A stretch of 64,000 bases of DNA from Vulcanimicrobiota bacterium (GCA_963777315.1 CAVZQC010000005.1:160001-224000), one strand, 5' to 3'; shown: positions 10,356 to 20,314, counted from the stretch's first letter. Notes: a model not told the origin generated them from the letters alone. Program-made: numbers and translations.

Positions 10356-11210
10356 ATGCCGGACTGGCTGCGCCGCCGGCGCACGAAGGCCGCCAAGAAC
10401 GACGAAGCTGCGCTATGGACCAAATGCCCGGCGTGCGGCGAAGTGCTCTATCGTCAGGACGTCGCGGCCAACCTTTGGGTTTGTCCCAAATGCAGCCATC
10501 ATTTCCGTATGAGCGCGCACGACCGCATCAGCACGCTGGTCGACTCGGATTTTACCGAGATCGGCAACGAGGTGCTCCCGGGCGATCCGCTGCAGTGGGT
10601 GGACAAAAAGAGTTACGCCTCCAAACTGGATGCCGATCGCGAGAAGTCGCAGCTCAGCGAAGGCGTGGTCTGCGGTTTTGGGCAGATCGCCGGACATGAC
10701 GTGGCGCTGGGGGTGATGGATTTTCATTTTCGCGGCGGCACGATGGGAACGGCCGTGGGCGAACGCATTACCTTGCTTTTGGAAGAAGCGCTCAGGCGAA
10801 GGATTCCCTGCGTCATCTTCACCGCCAGCGGCGGCGCGCGCATGGAAGAAGGCATGCTCGCGCTCATGCAAATGGCGAAAACGACCTCCGCGGTCGCTCG
10901 TTTCATGCAGGACGGCAACGTGTTCATCACCGTGCTCACCGATCCGACGACGGGCGGGGTTTCTGCGTCCTTTGCATTTCAATCCGACCTCATCTTGTCC
11001 GAGCCTCGCGCAATGATCGGCTTTGCCGGCCGGCGCGTGATCGAGCAGACGATCCGGCAAAAACTTCCCGATCAATTTCAAACGGCAGAATTTTTGCTCG
11101 ATAAAGGGCACATCGACATGGTCGTGGAGCGCGCGCAGATGAAACCGACTCTGGCCAGACTGCTCGACTATGCCGCCCAAGGCCGCCGCGTGGAAGCCGG
11201 TATCTCGTGA
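10356..11210 (+). CDS. accD: Acetyl-CoA carboxylase carboxyltransferase beta subunit
   Basis: LWTKCPAC...CPKC zinc finger, SGGARMEEG, PTTGGVSASF, IGFAGRRVIEQT. Confidence 0.96.
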   Translation: MPDWLRRRRTKAAKNDEAALWTKCPACGEVLYRQDVAANLWVCPKCSHHFRMSAHDRISTLVDSDFTEIGNEVLPGDPLQWVDKKSYASKLDADREKSQLSEGVVCGFGQIAGHDVALGVMDFHFRGGTMGTAVGERITLLLEEALRRRIPCVIFTASGGARMEEGMLALMQMAKTTSAVARFMQDGNVFITVLTDPTTGGVSASFAFQSDLILSEPRAMIGFAGRRVIEQTIRQKLPDQFQTAEFLLDKGHIDMVVERAQMKPTLARLLDYAAQGRRVEAGIS

Positions 11211-12154
11211 ATTTGATCGTCGAGCGCGAAAAGGGTCTGCTCGAACTCGAGCGCCGCATCGACGAACTGCGCGCGGCTAACGCGCAGCAGCCCGTCGATA
11301 TGTCGGCCGAGATTCTTGCACTGGAGACGAAATACGGCGAAATCCAGCGCGAAGTCTTCGGATCGCTCACGCCGTGGGAGAAAGTTCACATGGCGCGGCA
11401 CCCCGCGCGTCCGACTTCTGCCGATTATCTTTCGCAGTTCGGCGCGTTCGACGAATTGCACGGCGACCGCCAATTTCGCGACGATCGCGCCATTATTGCG
11501 GGGCTGACCACGCTGCGTGGCCGCGCCGTGATGGCGATAGGCGAGCAGCGCGGCCGGGACACCAAGGAAAACGTCGAGCGCAACTTCGGCATGCCGTCGC
11601 CCGAGGGATATCGCAAGGTGCAGCGCCTTGCGCACTTAGCCGGGCGCCTGGGCGTGCCGATAGTCACGTTCGTGGATACCAAAGGCGCCGACCCTTCAGC
11701 CGGATCCGAAGAGCGCGCGCAGTCCGAAGCAATCGCCGCGTGTTTGTACGAGTTCACCATCGTTCCGGTTCCGATCGTGGCGGCCGTCATCGGTGAAGGC
11801 GGAAGCGGCGGCGCGCTGGCGCTCAGCATCGCCGACCGGATCGTCATGCTCGAACACAGTTACTATTCGGTAGCTAGTCCCGAAGGCTGCGCGGCGATTC
11901 TTTGGAGCGATGCGTCCAAGGCCGACGAGGCGGCGTCGCATTTGAAGTTGACCGCGCAGGATTTGCACGGGTTTGGAATCGTCGACGAGATCGTGCCCGA
12001 GCCGTTGGGCGGAGCGCACCGCGATCCGGCGGGAACCATCGAGCGCGTGCTGAACGCTATCGACCAGGCGCTCGCGCAGCTGTGCGTAACGGCGCCGGAC
12101 CGGTTACGAGAGGGTCGATATCTGAAATATCGGCGGATAGGCATAACCCCGTGA
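11207..12154 (+). CDS. accA: Acetyl-CoA carboxylase carboxyltransferase alpha subunit
   Basis: ARHPARP, ELHGDR, NFGMPSPEGYRK, GEGGSGGAL, SPEGCAAILW. Confidence 0.96.
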   Translation: MNLIVEREKGLLELERRIDELRAANAQQPVDMSAEILALETKYGEIQREVFGSLTPWEKVHMARHPARPTSADYLSQFGAFDELHGDRQFRDDRAIIAGLTTLRGRAVMAIGEQRGRDTKENVERNFGMPSPEGYRKVQRLAHLAGRLGVPIVTFVDTKGADPSAGSEERAQSEAIAACLYEFTIVPVPIVAAVIGEGGSGGALALSIADRIVMLEHSYYSVASPEGCAAILWSDASKADEAASHLKLTAQDLHGFGIVDEIVPEPLGGAHRDPAGTIERVLNAIDQALAQLCVTAPDRLREGRYLKYRRIGITP

Positions 12155-12465
12155 AACGCAGCGCTGCCGGCTTGGTGCGTTTATTGAGCCGCCTGGTTTT
12201 CGTTTGCGTTTCCGTCGTCGTGCTCACGCTGGTCTCCATACAATTTGCGCGCATCGTCGGCGAAAACATCGCCATGGCGCAGTCGCTGGCATCGGTTCGC
12301 CACGACGTTCGCGCGCTCGACGAGCGAACGCGCCGCGACCGTAGCGAGATGCGCCGCCTGCTGGATCCGCAAGGCGCCGTGCCGGCCATTCACCAGCGCC
12401 TGCATCTGGTGGCGCCCGGCGAAGCGATCATCTACGTCAAACGCGCGTCCGCCGGCCATCCGTGA
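12151..12465 (+). CDS. Septum formation initiator (FtsB/DivIC-like)
   Basis: Single TM, coiled coil, L.LV.PGE.I tail; GTGA overlap with accA. Confidence 0.7.
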   Translation: MKRSAAGLVRLLSRLVFVCVSVVVLTLVSIQFARIVGENIAMAQSLASVRHDVRALDERTRRDRSEMRRLLDPQGAVPAIHQRLHLVAPGEAIIYVKRASAGHP

Positions 12466-12824
12466 ACGATACCGAACGCGGAACGGTCATCAACGTCAAT
12501 GCATACGGGGCTACGGTTCGACTGAGCGGGGGCCGCTTGGCGAGCGCGCCGCTGGTCGACGTCGAAAAACATCGCGCCGACTACGAGCGCGCGATCGCGG
12601 CGCGCAAAGCGCTCGAGTTCGTCGTGCGGCAGACGGAACGCCGCACGCTCGTGATGCTCGCGCCGCAACTGCGCGACGAGCAGCTCGAAGAGCAAATCGC
12701 CGGCTATCTCAAGATGACGCAGGAGTGGGACAAACCGGATGCTCCGCCCGCGCACGAGCGGCACTTTCTGCGCAAGAAAAAACGCGCCGCTCTCTTCCAA
12801 TCGCGCCATTCGCAAGAGCGGTGA
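12462..12824 (+). CDS. Hypothetical protein with S1-like N-terminus
   Basis: GTVINVNAYGATVRL resembles an S1 start; translationally coupled in the operon. Confidence 0.6.
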   Translation: MNDTERGTVINVNAYGATVRLSGGRLASAPLVDVEKHRADYERAIAARKALEFVVRQTERRTLVMLAPQLRDEQLEEQIAGYLKMTQEWDKPDAPPAHERHFLRKKKRAALFQSRHSQER

Positions 12825-13714
12825 CTCGGGCGGTCGTCTCAATCGGAACGAACTCGACGCGTGCTCTGGCTGCCCAGCTCAACGGGCGCGCACGCATTCT
12901 GCTTGCGCGGTCGGTCGGCACGCGGATCGGACAGGGATTGCGCGAACGCGGACGGCTCGACGAAGCTTCAATGGAGCGCACGATCGATGCGGTGCGCGAG
13001 CATACCGCCTGCGTTCGCGAACTGACCGGCGACATTCGCGTCATCGCAACCAGCGCGTTGCGCCGCGCCGACAACGCCGACTTGTTCGCCGGCCGAATTT
13101 TCGACGTTACCGGCGTGCCGCTGGAAATTATTTCGGGAGAAGAAGAAGCGCGGCGCTCGTTTTTGGGAGCGGTGTCCGGAATCGAGTCCGGCGGCGCAAC
13201 GCGCCTGGGCGTAATCGATACCGGCGGCGGCAGCACCGAATACGCCGCCGGCACGAGACGTGCGGCGCAGCATATCGTTTCGTGCGAGATCGGTGCGGTA
13301 CGGTTGACCGAAGCGGTCGCGCAGCTTGCGGGCGGCTCGTCCAAAGTGCCGGATTCCGACATTGCACGCGCGCGCTCGCTGGCTCGCACGGCGCTTTTGC
13401 CGATCACCGGCGTGCCGCCGGTGGATCGATTGCTCTTCGTGGGCGGAAGCGCGACGGCCGCGATAGCGGTCATGCGCGGCGACCGTGCGCCGTTTGCTTA
13501 TGCCGAGCTCACCCGCGCCGCTCTGCGTTCGCTGGTCGAGCGTTTACGCGGGCTCGACCTGCACGCACGCAAGGCGATACCCGGCATGAATCCGCAGCGC
13601 GCCGACATTCTGCTCGCCGGTTTACTCATCGTGGAGCAAGTTTTCGAACTGCTCGCGCACGAGCGGGCGCTCGTTTCGAGCAACGACCTGCTGCTCGGCA
13701 CGCTGCTGCAATGA
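12821..13714 (+). CDS. ppx: Ppx/GppA family exopolyphosphatase
   Basis: IGTNSTR, ATSALRRADN, ISGEEEA, DTGGGSTE, RADILLAG. Confidence 0.9.
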   Translation: MTRAVVSIGTNSTRALAAQLNGRARILLARSVGTRIGQGLRERGRLDEASMERTIDAVREHTACVRELTGDIRVIATSALRRADNADLFAGRIFDVTGVPLEIISGEEEARRSFLGAVSGIESGGATRLGVIDTGGGSTEYAAGTRRAAQHIVSCEIGAVRLTEAVAQLAGGSSKVPDSDIARARSLARTALLPITGVPPVDRLLFVGGSATAAIAVMRGDRAPFAYAELTRAALRSLVERLRGLDLHARKAIPGMNPQRADILLAGLLIVEQVFELLAHERALVSSNDLLLGTLLQ

Positions 13715-13751
13715 AGCAGTTGAGCCGTTCGCTGCGTTGAATCAGCCAGGA

Positions 13752-14276
13752 ATGTCAGATGCCGAGGTCTACCGGGCCGTGCTCGATGCCCGACGCGCGT
13801 GGAGCGACTATTTGGATGCCTCAGACGAGGACGAAGACGCGGTGTACGAAGCTTATCTCGAAGCTGCTGCGGAAGCCGTTCCCTTAGTCGGAGGACTTAT
13901 CGAGCTCTGCGTGGAGGCGAATTTGATTGCGATTTCCGCACGCGATCGCGAAGAGCGCTACGTCGATTTAGCCGCCACCAACGCGCGCGTCCACGCCGAC
14001 GCGATCGTTGAAGTCGTCGGCGATATCGTCCTGGGTCACTCCGAAGAATTTCCGGCGTTCGAGCGCCGGACGGCAGCGCAAGACGACGAGGAAACGCGCT
14101 TCAACCGCGCGCGTGAAATGTTCCGCGAAATAAATCGGCCCAACGTTGGCCGGGCCGTGGACGAATTGCGTCAACTACGCGACGAGCTGCTGCGCAGCGG
14201 CCAAGAGACGCACGCCGGCAGGCTGTCGCACATTCTGGCGCTGCTCCAAATTTCGCCGCCTCGTTTAAGCGAGTGA
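13752..14276 (+). CDS. Hypothetical acidic helical protein
   Basis: Natural-looking ORF filling the gap; no recognised motif. Confidence 0.6.
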   Translation: MSDAEVYRAVLDARRAWSDYLDASDEDEDAVYEAYLEAAAEAVPLVGGLIELCVEANLIAISARDREERYVDLAATNARVHADAIVEVVGDIVLGHSEEFPAFERRTAAQDDEETRFNRAREMFREINRPNVGRAVDELRQLRDELLRSGQETHAGRLSHILALLQISPPRLSE

Positions 14277-14774
14277 CGCTTTGACGCGCCGATAAGCTTG
14301 CCGCGCGCCGATGCGCGCGCGCACGCGGATCTCGTGGCCGCGCTCGGCCGAGTATATCGTCAAAAACGTTTCGAGCTCGCTGAGCAGCTGCGCCGGCAGA
14401 TCGTCCAGCGTTTCGTACCCGTCGGTGCTCAGCGAGGCTTCCTTTCCCGGCAGCAGACACGTGACGTAGCGGTCGTTTTGCGTGCCGTCCTTTTCGATCT
14501 GAAACGCTCCGAGCATTCGCACCGTCAGAATGCAGCCCGGAAACGTCGGTTCATCCATGAGCGCAAGCATGTCCAGTGCGTCGCCGTCGTCGCCCTTGGT
14601 TCGCGGAATGAAACCGTAATCGTACGGCCAGCTCAGCCCGCTCGAAAGCGTTTGCCGCAGCTCGAACGCGCCATCGGCGTGATTCCACGCGTATTTGTGG
14701 CGGCTGCCGCGCGGCGTTTCCACCACGACCCGCAACGTGCCCTCGTCGCCCAATTGCGGATCGATGTCGTGCAC
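14265..14774 (-). CDS. ppa: Family I inorganic pyrophosphatase-like
   Basis: VETPRGSRHKY, YGFIPRT, DDGDALD. Confidence 0.88.
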   Translation of the reverse strand: MHDIDPQLGDEGTLRVVVETPRGSRHKYAWNHADGAFELRQTLSSGLSWPYDYGFIPRTKGDDGDALDMLALMDEPTFPGCILTVRMLGAFQIEKDGTQNDRYVTCLLPGKEASLSTDGYETLDDLPAQLLSELETFLTIYSAERGHEIRVRARIGARQAYRRVKASLA

Positions 14775-15139
14775 TACAAGCGCGGAATTCCGGATTCGCT
14801 TCCCGGCACGGGCTGCTGCTGGGTGATTTCTTCGGTCGGCAGACCCGCTTGCCGGTACGCGTCGAATCCGCCGTCCAAAATCGCGACCTGTTCGTATCCC
14901 TGTTCCCGCAGGCGCGCAGCAACGCGCTGCGCGCGTTCGTCATCCTCCGAGTACACGACGATTCGGCTTTCGTGCGGGAGCGGCAGCGTCAACTTGTCTT
15001 CTTCGAGCAGCACCTTCGGATCGTAACGCAGCGCGCCGCGGATCTGTTCGTGCCCCGTGTGCGCGCGCGCATCGATCACCGGCGTGGTGTTCGTGTCCAG
15101 ACTGCTCGCCGGCACCCGCGGGATCGCCTTGTCGTCCAT
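14774..15139 (-). CDS. Rhodanese-like domain protein (no obvious catalytic Cys)
   Basis: VIDAR...IRGA...IVVYS...LDGGFDAY; TGATG coupling with the upstream gene. Confidence 0.82.
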   Translation of the reverse strand: MDDKAIPRVPASSLDTNTTPVIDARAHTGHEQIRGALRYDPKVLLEEDKLTLPLPHESRIVVYSEDDERAQRVAARLREQGYEQVAILDGGFDAYRQAGLPTEEITQQQPVPGSESGIPRL

Positions 15140-15869
15140 CACTTCTTGCGGCGGTTGGGATTGGCCGGAACTTTGCCGCCGCTGCGGCGCGCTTCGGAAA
15201 GTCCGATCGCGATGGCTTGTTTGCGGCTCTTGACCTTTTTGCCGCTGCGTCCCGACTTGAGTTCGCCGGCATTCATCTCGTGCATCGCGCGCCCGACCTT
15301 GCGGCTTGCCTTCGGCCCGTATTTACGCCCCGAGCTCTTCTTGCGCGTCGACTTCTTGCGTCCGCCGGTCGATTTCTTGCGACCGCCGGTCGATTTTTTG
15401 CGCGAAGCGGTGCTCTTCTTGCGCCCGGTGCTCGTTTTTTTGCGTCCACCGGTCGATTTCTTGCGTCCGCCGGTCGATTTTTTGCGTGAAGCGGTGCTCT
15501 TTTTGCGCCCCGTGCTCGATTTCTTGCGGGTGCTCTTTTTCCGGGATGAGCTTTCTTGCGCTCACCCGTCGATTTCTTGCGCGAGCTGCTGCTCTTGCGC
15601 GAAGACGAAGATTTGCGCCCGTTGCGCGCGCCGGCGCGGGTGACGAACTTGACCATATGTCCGCGCGGGTCGTACAAAAACTCCAGGTTGCTGCGATCGA
15701 AGATATCGAAGAACCTATTCCAGTCCACCTGTTCCAGGCGTTCTTCGGGCTGACCGAAATCGATCCGCAGCATGCCGCCGGTTCCTTCGACGATTGCAGG
15801 ATGCCCGTCGTTGCTCTCGACCCATCGCCGGATCTCACTGTGATCCGTAGTGCGCTGTGCAGTGGCCAC
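15139..15869 (-). CDS. Basic repeat protein: TTDHxEIRRW domain + RKKST repeats + DUF6496-like C-terminus (one frameshift near 15553)
   Basis: GGAGG RBS and GTG at 15869. After AAG AAA G the repeats continue in the -1 frame to KVKSRKQAIAIGLSEARRSGGKVP...KK* (TGA 15139-15141). Confidence 0.72.
15325..15610 (-). repeat. About 21-bp tandem repeats (RKKSTGG heptads; 84-bp higher-order duplication)
   Basis: Repeated CGCAAGAAATCGACCGGCGGA variants. Confidence 0.88.
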
Positions 15870-15898
15870 GTGTACCTCCAATCTTTTCCCGACTGTGG

Positions 15899-15924
15899 TT
15901 ACCCGCAGCGTCGCCGGGAGAAAC
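15899..15924 (-). promoter_or_regulatory. SigB/SigF-like promoter
   Basis: GTTT-N16-GGGTAA, 30 nt upstream of the GTG at 15869. Confidence 0.6.
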
Positions 15925-15929
15925 GCCCG

Positions 15930-16157
15930 TTAAACTCCGCCGCTGCTCGGTGCGCTGTCGGTGTCGCCCGACGACTTGCGCACCAGCGCGGTTTTCAGAT
16001 GCTCGCGAAGCTGCGCGAGGGCCGGATCCAGGCCGCCCGCTTGATCCAAACGCTCCAAAGCCAAAAGGATGCGGTTTGCCTGCGGCGCGTCCATCCGCAC
16101 CGCCAGCGTTCCGTGAGCGGCGTCGTAACGCGAAATGCCGGCGTTTAATCCAGCCAC
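15930..16157 (-). CDS. Small hypothetical protein
   Basis: AAGGA RBS before GTG; follows the GT9 gene. Confidence 0.5.
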   Translation of the reverse strand: MAGLNAGISRYDAAHGTLAVRMDAPQANRILLALERLDQAGGLDPALAQLREHLKTALVRKSSGDTDSAPSSGGV

Positions 16158-16166
16158 GGTAGTCCT

Positions 16167-17153
16167 TTACCCGGCGCGAGCGATTTGCAACAACGCGCGC
16201 AGCTGCTCGGCGACTTCGTCGACGCCGATCGAGGCAAGCCCCGGATCGACGAACGGTGCGTGGGGATCGCCCAGCGTGCCGCGCCAGATGACTCGATGGT
16301 ACGGGCGGCTGGGCGGAGGCCCCCAATAGCGCGGACTGGTCGGTCCGAACAGAATGACCGAGGGCGTCGCAAGCGCCGTGGCAATGTGCGCGATCCCGGT
16401 ATCGCCGCAAACGAGCGCTTGAGCCGATGCCACGATGCACGCCAGCTGCGTCAGATCGGTGCTGCCTGCCGTTACCGCGTGTAGGGGAAGCCCCGCGGCT
16501 TTAGCGATGAACCGGCATCGCCGGAATTCGCGGCTTGAACCGGTCAGGAGCATGCGATGGCCGTCGGCGCGCAGTCGCGAGCAGAGGTCGATCCACCGCT
16601 GGGTCGGCCAGCGTCGCGATTCGCTGGCCGCGCCCGGATGAACGACGATTGCTCCGCGCGCGCGAACGTCGCCGCGTGGTGCGCAAATCTCCAGATCGTT
16701 CGGATCGGCGGGTATTCCGCTTTCGCGCAGCATTCGGCACCAGCGGTCGATCTCGTGTTCGTCGGCGCGCCACTCGGGGAACCCTAGGGTCTGCGGTATC
16801 TCGGCGTTAGCGAACGCAATGAGTCTGCGCGGCTGCGTTTGCAAAACGATGCGGTGGCTTTGCGGGCCGCGGCCGTGCAGATTGACGGCGACGTCGACGT
16901 CCATCAAACCGTCGTCGAGCGGTTCGAGCGGAGCGGCGTCGATGACTTCGTCCACGCCGCCGCATAAAGCGACGAGTGGAGCGAGATAGATGGGCGCGGC
17001 CAGAACGCGATAGTGCGCGGGAAACGCTCGCGCGCAAGCTCGAATTGCAGGCACCGCCGCCAGCAGATCGCCCAAGCCGAGCGCGCGCAGCATGACCAGC
17101 GTGGGCCGCGAAGTGACGACTGCATTGGGACGCGCGCGCGAGGATGGTGCCAT
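16167..17153 (-). CDS. Glycosyltransferase family 9 (heptosyltransferase-like)
   Basis: LRALGLGDLL, VHPGA, RRWP, CGDTGIAH, LFGPT. Confidence 0.9.
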   Translation of the reverse strand: MAPSSRARPNAVVTSRPTLVMLRALGLGDLLAAVPAIRACARAFPAHYRVLAAPIYLAPLVALCGGVDEVIDAAPLEPLDDGLMDVDVAVNLHGRGPQSHRIVLQTQPRRLIAFANAEIPQTLGFPEWRADEHEIDRWCRMLRESGIPADPNDLEICAPRGDVRARGAIVVHPGAASESRRWPTQRWIDLCSRLRADGHRMLLTGSSREFRRCRFIAKAAGLPLHAVTAGSTDLTQLACIVASAQALVCGDTGIAHIATALATPSVILFGPTSPRYWGPPPSRPYHRVIWRGTLGDPHAPFVDPGLASIGVDEVAEQLRALLQIARAG

Positions 17154-17160
17154 CGCGTGT

Positions 17161-18372
17161 TTACGAGGCGCGTCGCGCGAAAGCGTGTTGCGTGATGACG
17201 TCGTTGTACACCGCCAAGGTGTCGTTCGCAATGCGCGTCCAGCCGTAACGCCTGTTGGCGCGGCGCGTCGCGGCGAGCGCGAGCTCGGCGCAGCGCCGCT
17301 GATTTCCCAGCAGGTGTTTCAACGCCTGCGCGAGCGCGGCCGGCGAACGCGGCGGCACGTGAACGCCCGTTACGCCGTTGACGACGCTGTCCACCAAACC
17401 GCCGACCTGCGCGACGACCACGGGAACGCCGCACGCCATGGCTTCGAGCGGAACGATTCCGAACGGTTCGTACCACGGATAACACACGACCGCATCCGCC
17501 GAACGCAGCAGCGGCGGCACGCTCGAACGTTCGACGCGTCCGCGAAACACGACCCGATCGGCAACGCGCAAATCGCGCGCGAGTTTCTGCAATCGGCAGG
17601 CCTCGGGATCTTCAGGCAGCAGCGCAGCTTCGGGACCGCCGGCGATGACGAGCTCGACGTCGGGCAGCAGTTCCAACGCGGTGATGACGTCGGCGATTCC
17701 TTTGCGCTCGACCAAACGGGACAGGCATACGAGGCGCTTGCGCCTGCGGTCACGGCCTTCGACCGGACCTAGGGGTTGGAACGACGCCAAGTCGACTCCG
17801 CACGGTACGACGGCAATCTTGGCCATGTCGGCGCCCATGCGCACCAGTTCGAATGCTTCGGCCGTCGAGGTTGCGACGATGCGGTTCGCCTCGCGTGCAA
17901 TTCGGCACTCTTCGTCCAGTCGCGATCGCGGGCTGGTGTCTTTGGAACCCTGATAGCGGCGCTTTTCCACGCCGAGCGCGTGGAACGTCTGCACGACCGG
18001 TATTTCCAGCGGTGACGCGGCGTCCAGGCATGCTTTGCCCGACATCCAGAAGTGCGCGTGAACGACGTCGGGGCGATCGTGGTTCCACCGCTCGCCAAGA
18101 TACTGCGCGAACTGTCCCATGTAGGGCAGCAAACGATCCTTTTCGACGTTTGTCTGCGGGCCGGCAGGAACGTGTTCCACCGTTACGCCCGGCGCATACT
18201 CTACGCGAACCGGCAGCGCCGCGTCGTCGCGGCGGGTGAAAACCGTTACGTGCGCGCCTTGCTGCGACATCGCTTCGGCGAGCGCGGCCACGTGAACGTT
18301 CTGGCCGCCCGCGTCGACGCCGCCCAGCACCGCAAGAGGGCTGGCATGTTCGGATACCATCGCAATTTTCAA
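17161..18372 (-). CDS. Glycosyltransferase family 4 (MshA-like)
   Basis: SEHASPLA..GGVDAGGQNVHV, HAHFWMSG, RLVERKG, YEPFGIVPLEAMACG. Confidence 0.92.
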   Translation of the reverse strand: MKIAMVSEHASPLAVLGGVDAGGQNVHVAALAEAMSQQGAHVTVFTRRDDAALPVRVEYAPGVTVEHVPAGPQTNVEKDRLLPYMGQFAQYLGERWNHDRPDVVHAHFWMSGKACLDAASPLEIPVVQTFHALGVEKRRYQGSKDTSPRSRLDEECRIAREANRIVATSTAEAFELVRMGADMAKIAVVPCGVDLASFQPLGPVEGRDRRRKRLVCLSRLVERKGIADVITALELLPDVELVIAGGPEAALLPEDPEACRLQKLARDLRVADRVVFRGRVERSSVPPLLRSADAVVCYPWYEPFGIVPLEAMACGVPVVVAQVGGLVDSVVNGVTGVHVPPRSPAALAQALKHLLGNQRRCAELALAATRRANRRYGWTRIANDTLAVYNDVITQHAFARRAS

Positions 18373-19301
18373 CTTACGACCTCCTGCAATAGACGGTCCC
18401 AATCGCCGAGAAATCGATCCAAGCCGTAGCGCGCTTTGGCGTGGGCGCGCGCATTGCGTCCGAGCTGCGTGCACCGATCCGGCTCGCGCAGCAGGCGTTC
18501 GAGCGACTCGACGAGGGCAGCAACGTTGGTAGAGATGATTCCGGTGCCTGCCGGAACCGCTTCGGGCACTTCGGTGGTGGCCAGCGCGACGACGGGCATT
18601 CCCAAATGCATCGCCTCGATGAGTGAAAGACCCAGCGACGTCCACCGGATCGGATGCAGGTAGACGCGCCGGCGCGCAATTTCACCGTGCAGCCGCTCCT
18701 GCGGCAAGTTCTCGAATCCGCCGCGCGCGCCCGCGCCCATTCCGAACAATTCGACGGGCACGCACGATTCAAACCGTCCGAGCAGATCCGTTCCGGTTAC
18801 GCGCGCACGTCGCTGGGGTTCGTTGATGACCACGGCGCACGAGGCGACTTCGCCCGTATAGCGGTAGCCGGGATCGACGATTCCGTGTTCGACGACGTAC
18901 GTGGGTCGATCGCCGCAATCCCAAAACAGATCGTTGAAGTTCGTCACGTGCACGACCGATACGCCCGGCCAGTCGGCAGCGGGATGGCGCATCGCGTTGA
19001 TTTGGCCTTGCGGCGCGTTGTGCTCGACGTAAATCGCCGGCACGTCGATTCCGGGACGTAGGCCAAGCCACGTTTGCGCGAGATCGTATTCGTGCGGGCG
19101 CTGCAGGATCACGACGTCCGGTTTGAGAGTGCGCGCGTCTTGCGGGCCGATTTCCCGAACGTTTTCCGGCCACTGCCAAGTTTGCGCGCGTCCGCGTCCG
19201 TCGGCGCTGCGATCGGGCAGCACGGGTACGGCATAGTCGTGACCGCCGTGAACGAACGCCGTCATCCACGATCCGTGCACGTGCCAGGCGAAGATCTTCA
19301 T
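18369..19301 (-). CDS. Glycosyltransferase (GT-B, GT4-like)
   Basis: MKIFAWHVHGSW...TSLGLSLIEAMHLGMPVV. Confidence 0.88.
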   Translation of the reverse strand: MKIFAWHVHGSWMTAFVHGGHDYAVPVLPDRSADGRGRAQTWQWPENVREIGPQDARTLKPDVVILQRPHEYDLAQTWLGLRPGIDVPAIYVEHNAPQGQINAMRHPAADWPGVSVVHVTNFNDLFWDCGDRPTYVVEHGIVDPGYRYTGEVASCAVVINEPQRRARVTGTDLLGRFESCVPVELFGMGAGARGGFENLPQERLHGEIARRRVYLHPIRWTSLGLSLIEAMHLGMPVVALATTEVPEAVPAGTGIISTNVAALVESLERLLREPDRCTQLGRNARAHAKARYGLDRFLGDWDRLLQEVVS

Positions 19302-20314
19302 CAGGCAACCTCGACGCGCATCGGCGCCAGGCTCTCGAGCGCGCGCAGCACGTCGTCGACCGAAACGCAATCCAAGCACGGCTGGCCTTCTATCGGGCAC
19401 GAGCGTGCGCGGCATCCCGCGCAGGGCGCATGCTGATCGCCCAGCAGCACGTGTTCGGTCCGCCACGGACGAAAACGCGCGGCCGGAACCGTCGGCGCAA
19501 AAATTGATACCACCGGCGTTCCGACGGCCGAGGCTACGTGCGCGGCCGAAGTATTGCCGCACACGACCGCCGACGCGTCGCGCACGATCGCGGCGAACTC
19601 CACGAACGAGGTTTTTCCGCCTAAGTCCACGGCACGCGCGCCGGCCACGTACGCGGTGAGTGCGGACTCTTGCGCGCTTCCCGTCACCACGACGTTGATA
19701 CCGCGCCGGCAGAGCGACGCAACCAGCTCTGCATTGCGATCCGGGAACCACGCACGCGCCGTCACGGTCGATCCTGGATGCACGACGACGTACGGCAAGT
19801 GCTGCACGTTGCCGCGTTCGAGCAGACCGATCATTCGCAAGCGCGCATCGTCATCGGCGGGCAAATCGTAGCCCATCGCCCGCACCAGCGAAAGCGCTCG
19901 TTCGACCTCGTGGATGTCGTCGGGCACGCGGTGACGCACGTCGAGCAGCGAGCCCGGATAGTCGACGCCGATCGCGCCGATTCGCGCAACGCCCGCCATT
20001 CGCAGAAGAAGTGCCAGCGGCAACGGGCTTTGATGAAACGACGTGAGTACGATCGCTTCGTCGAACGTGCGCGTGCGAACGTCCTCGATGAATTCCAGCG
20101 TGCGGGCGAATGAAACCGGCTGCGGGTCCGCATCGATCCATTCGGCTTGCCGAACGAGCGTTTCGCGCACGCCCGGAAGCGCTCGCGCAGCATCGGCGCC
20201 GCGCGGACCGCACAGAAACGTGACATGCGCATCGGCGGCCACTGCGCGCACCGCCGGACCGGTGAGCAGCACGTCGCCGTTGTTGTCCTGGCGAGCCACG
20301 AGCACGCGTTTCAT
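19301..20314 (-). CDS. Glycosyltransferase family 9
   Basis: RQDNNGDVLL, VVHPGS, CGNTSAAHVASAVGTP. Confidence 0.9.
   Translation of the reverse strand: MKRVLVARQDNNGDVLLTGPAVRAVAADAHVTFLCGPRGADAARALPGVRETLVRQAEWIDADPQPVSFARTLEFIEDVRTRTFDEAIVLTSFHQSPLPLALLLRMAGVARIGAIGVDYPGSLLDVRHRVPDDIHEVERALSLVRAMGYDLPADDDARLRMIGLLERGNVQHLPYVVVHPGSTVTARAWFPDRNAELVASLCRRGINVVVTGSAQESALTAYVAGARAVDLGGKTSFVEFAAIVRDASAVVCGNTSAAHVASAVGTPVVSIFAPTVPAARFRPWRTEHVLLGDQHAPCAGCRARSCPIEGQPCLDCVSVDDVLRALESLAPMRVEVA

Noticed and set aside
10356..13714. accD-accA-ftsB-like-S1-like-ppx operon as a novel system
   Set aside because: divIC next to S1-domain or ppx genes is a common Terrabacterial arrangement; housekeeping.
15325..15610. 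Tandem repeats as a possible CRISPR array
   Set aside because: No unique spacers, codon-phased variation, and no cas genes in the window.
14849..15643. Plus-strand 264-aa ORF with LRPPVDF repeats
   Set aside because: Exact antisense of the RKKST-repeat gene; the minus strand has an RBS, recognisable domains and operon coupling.
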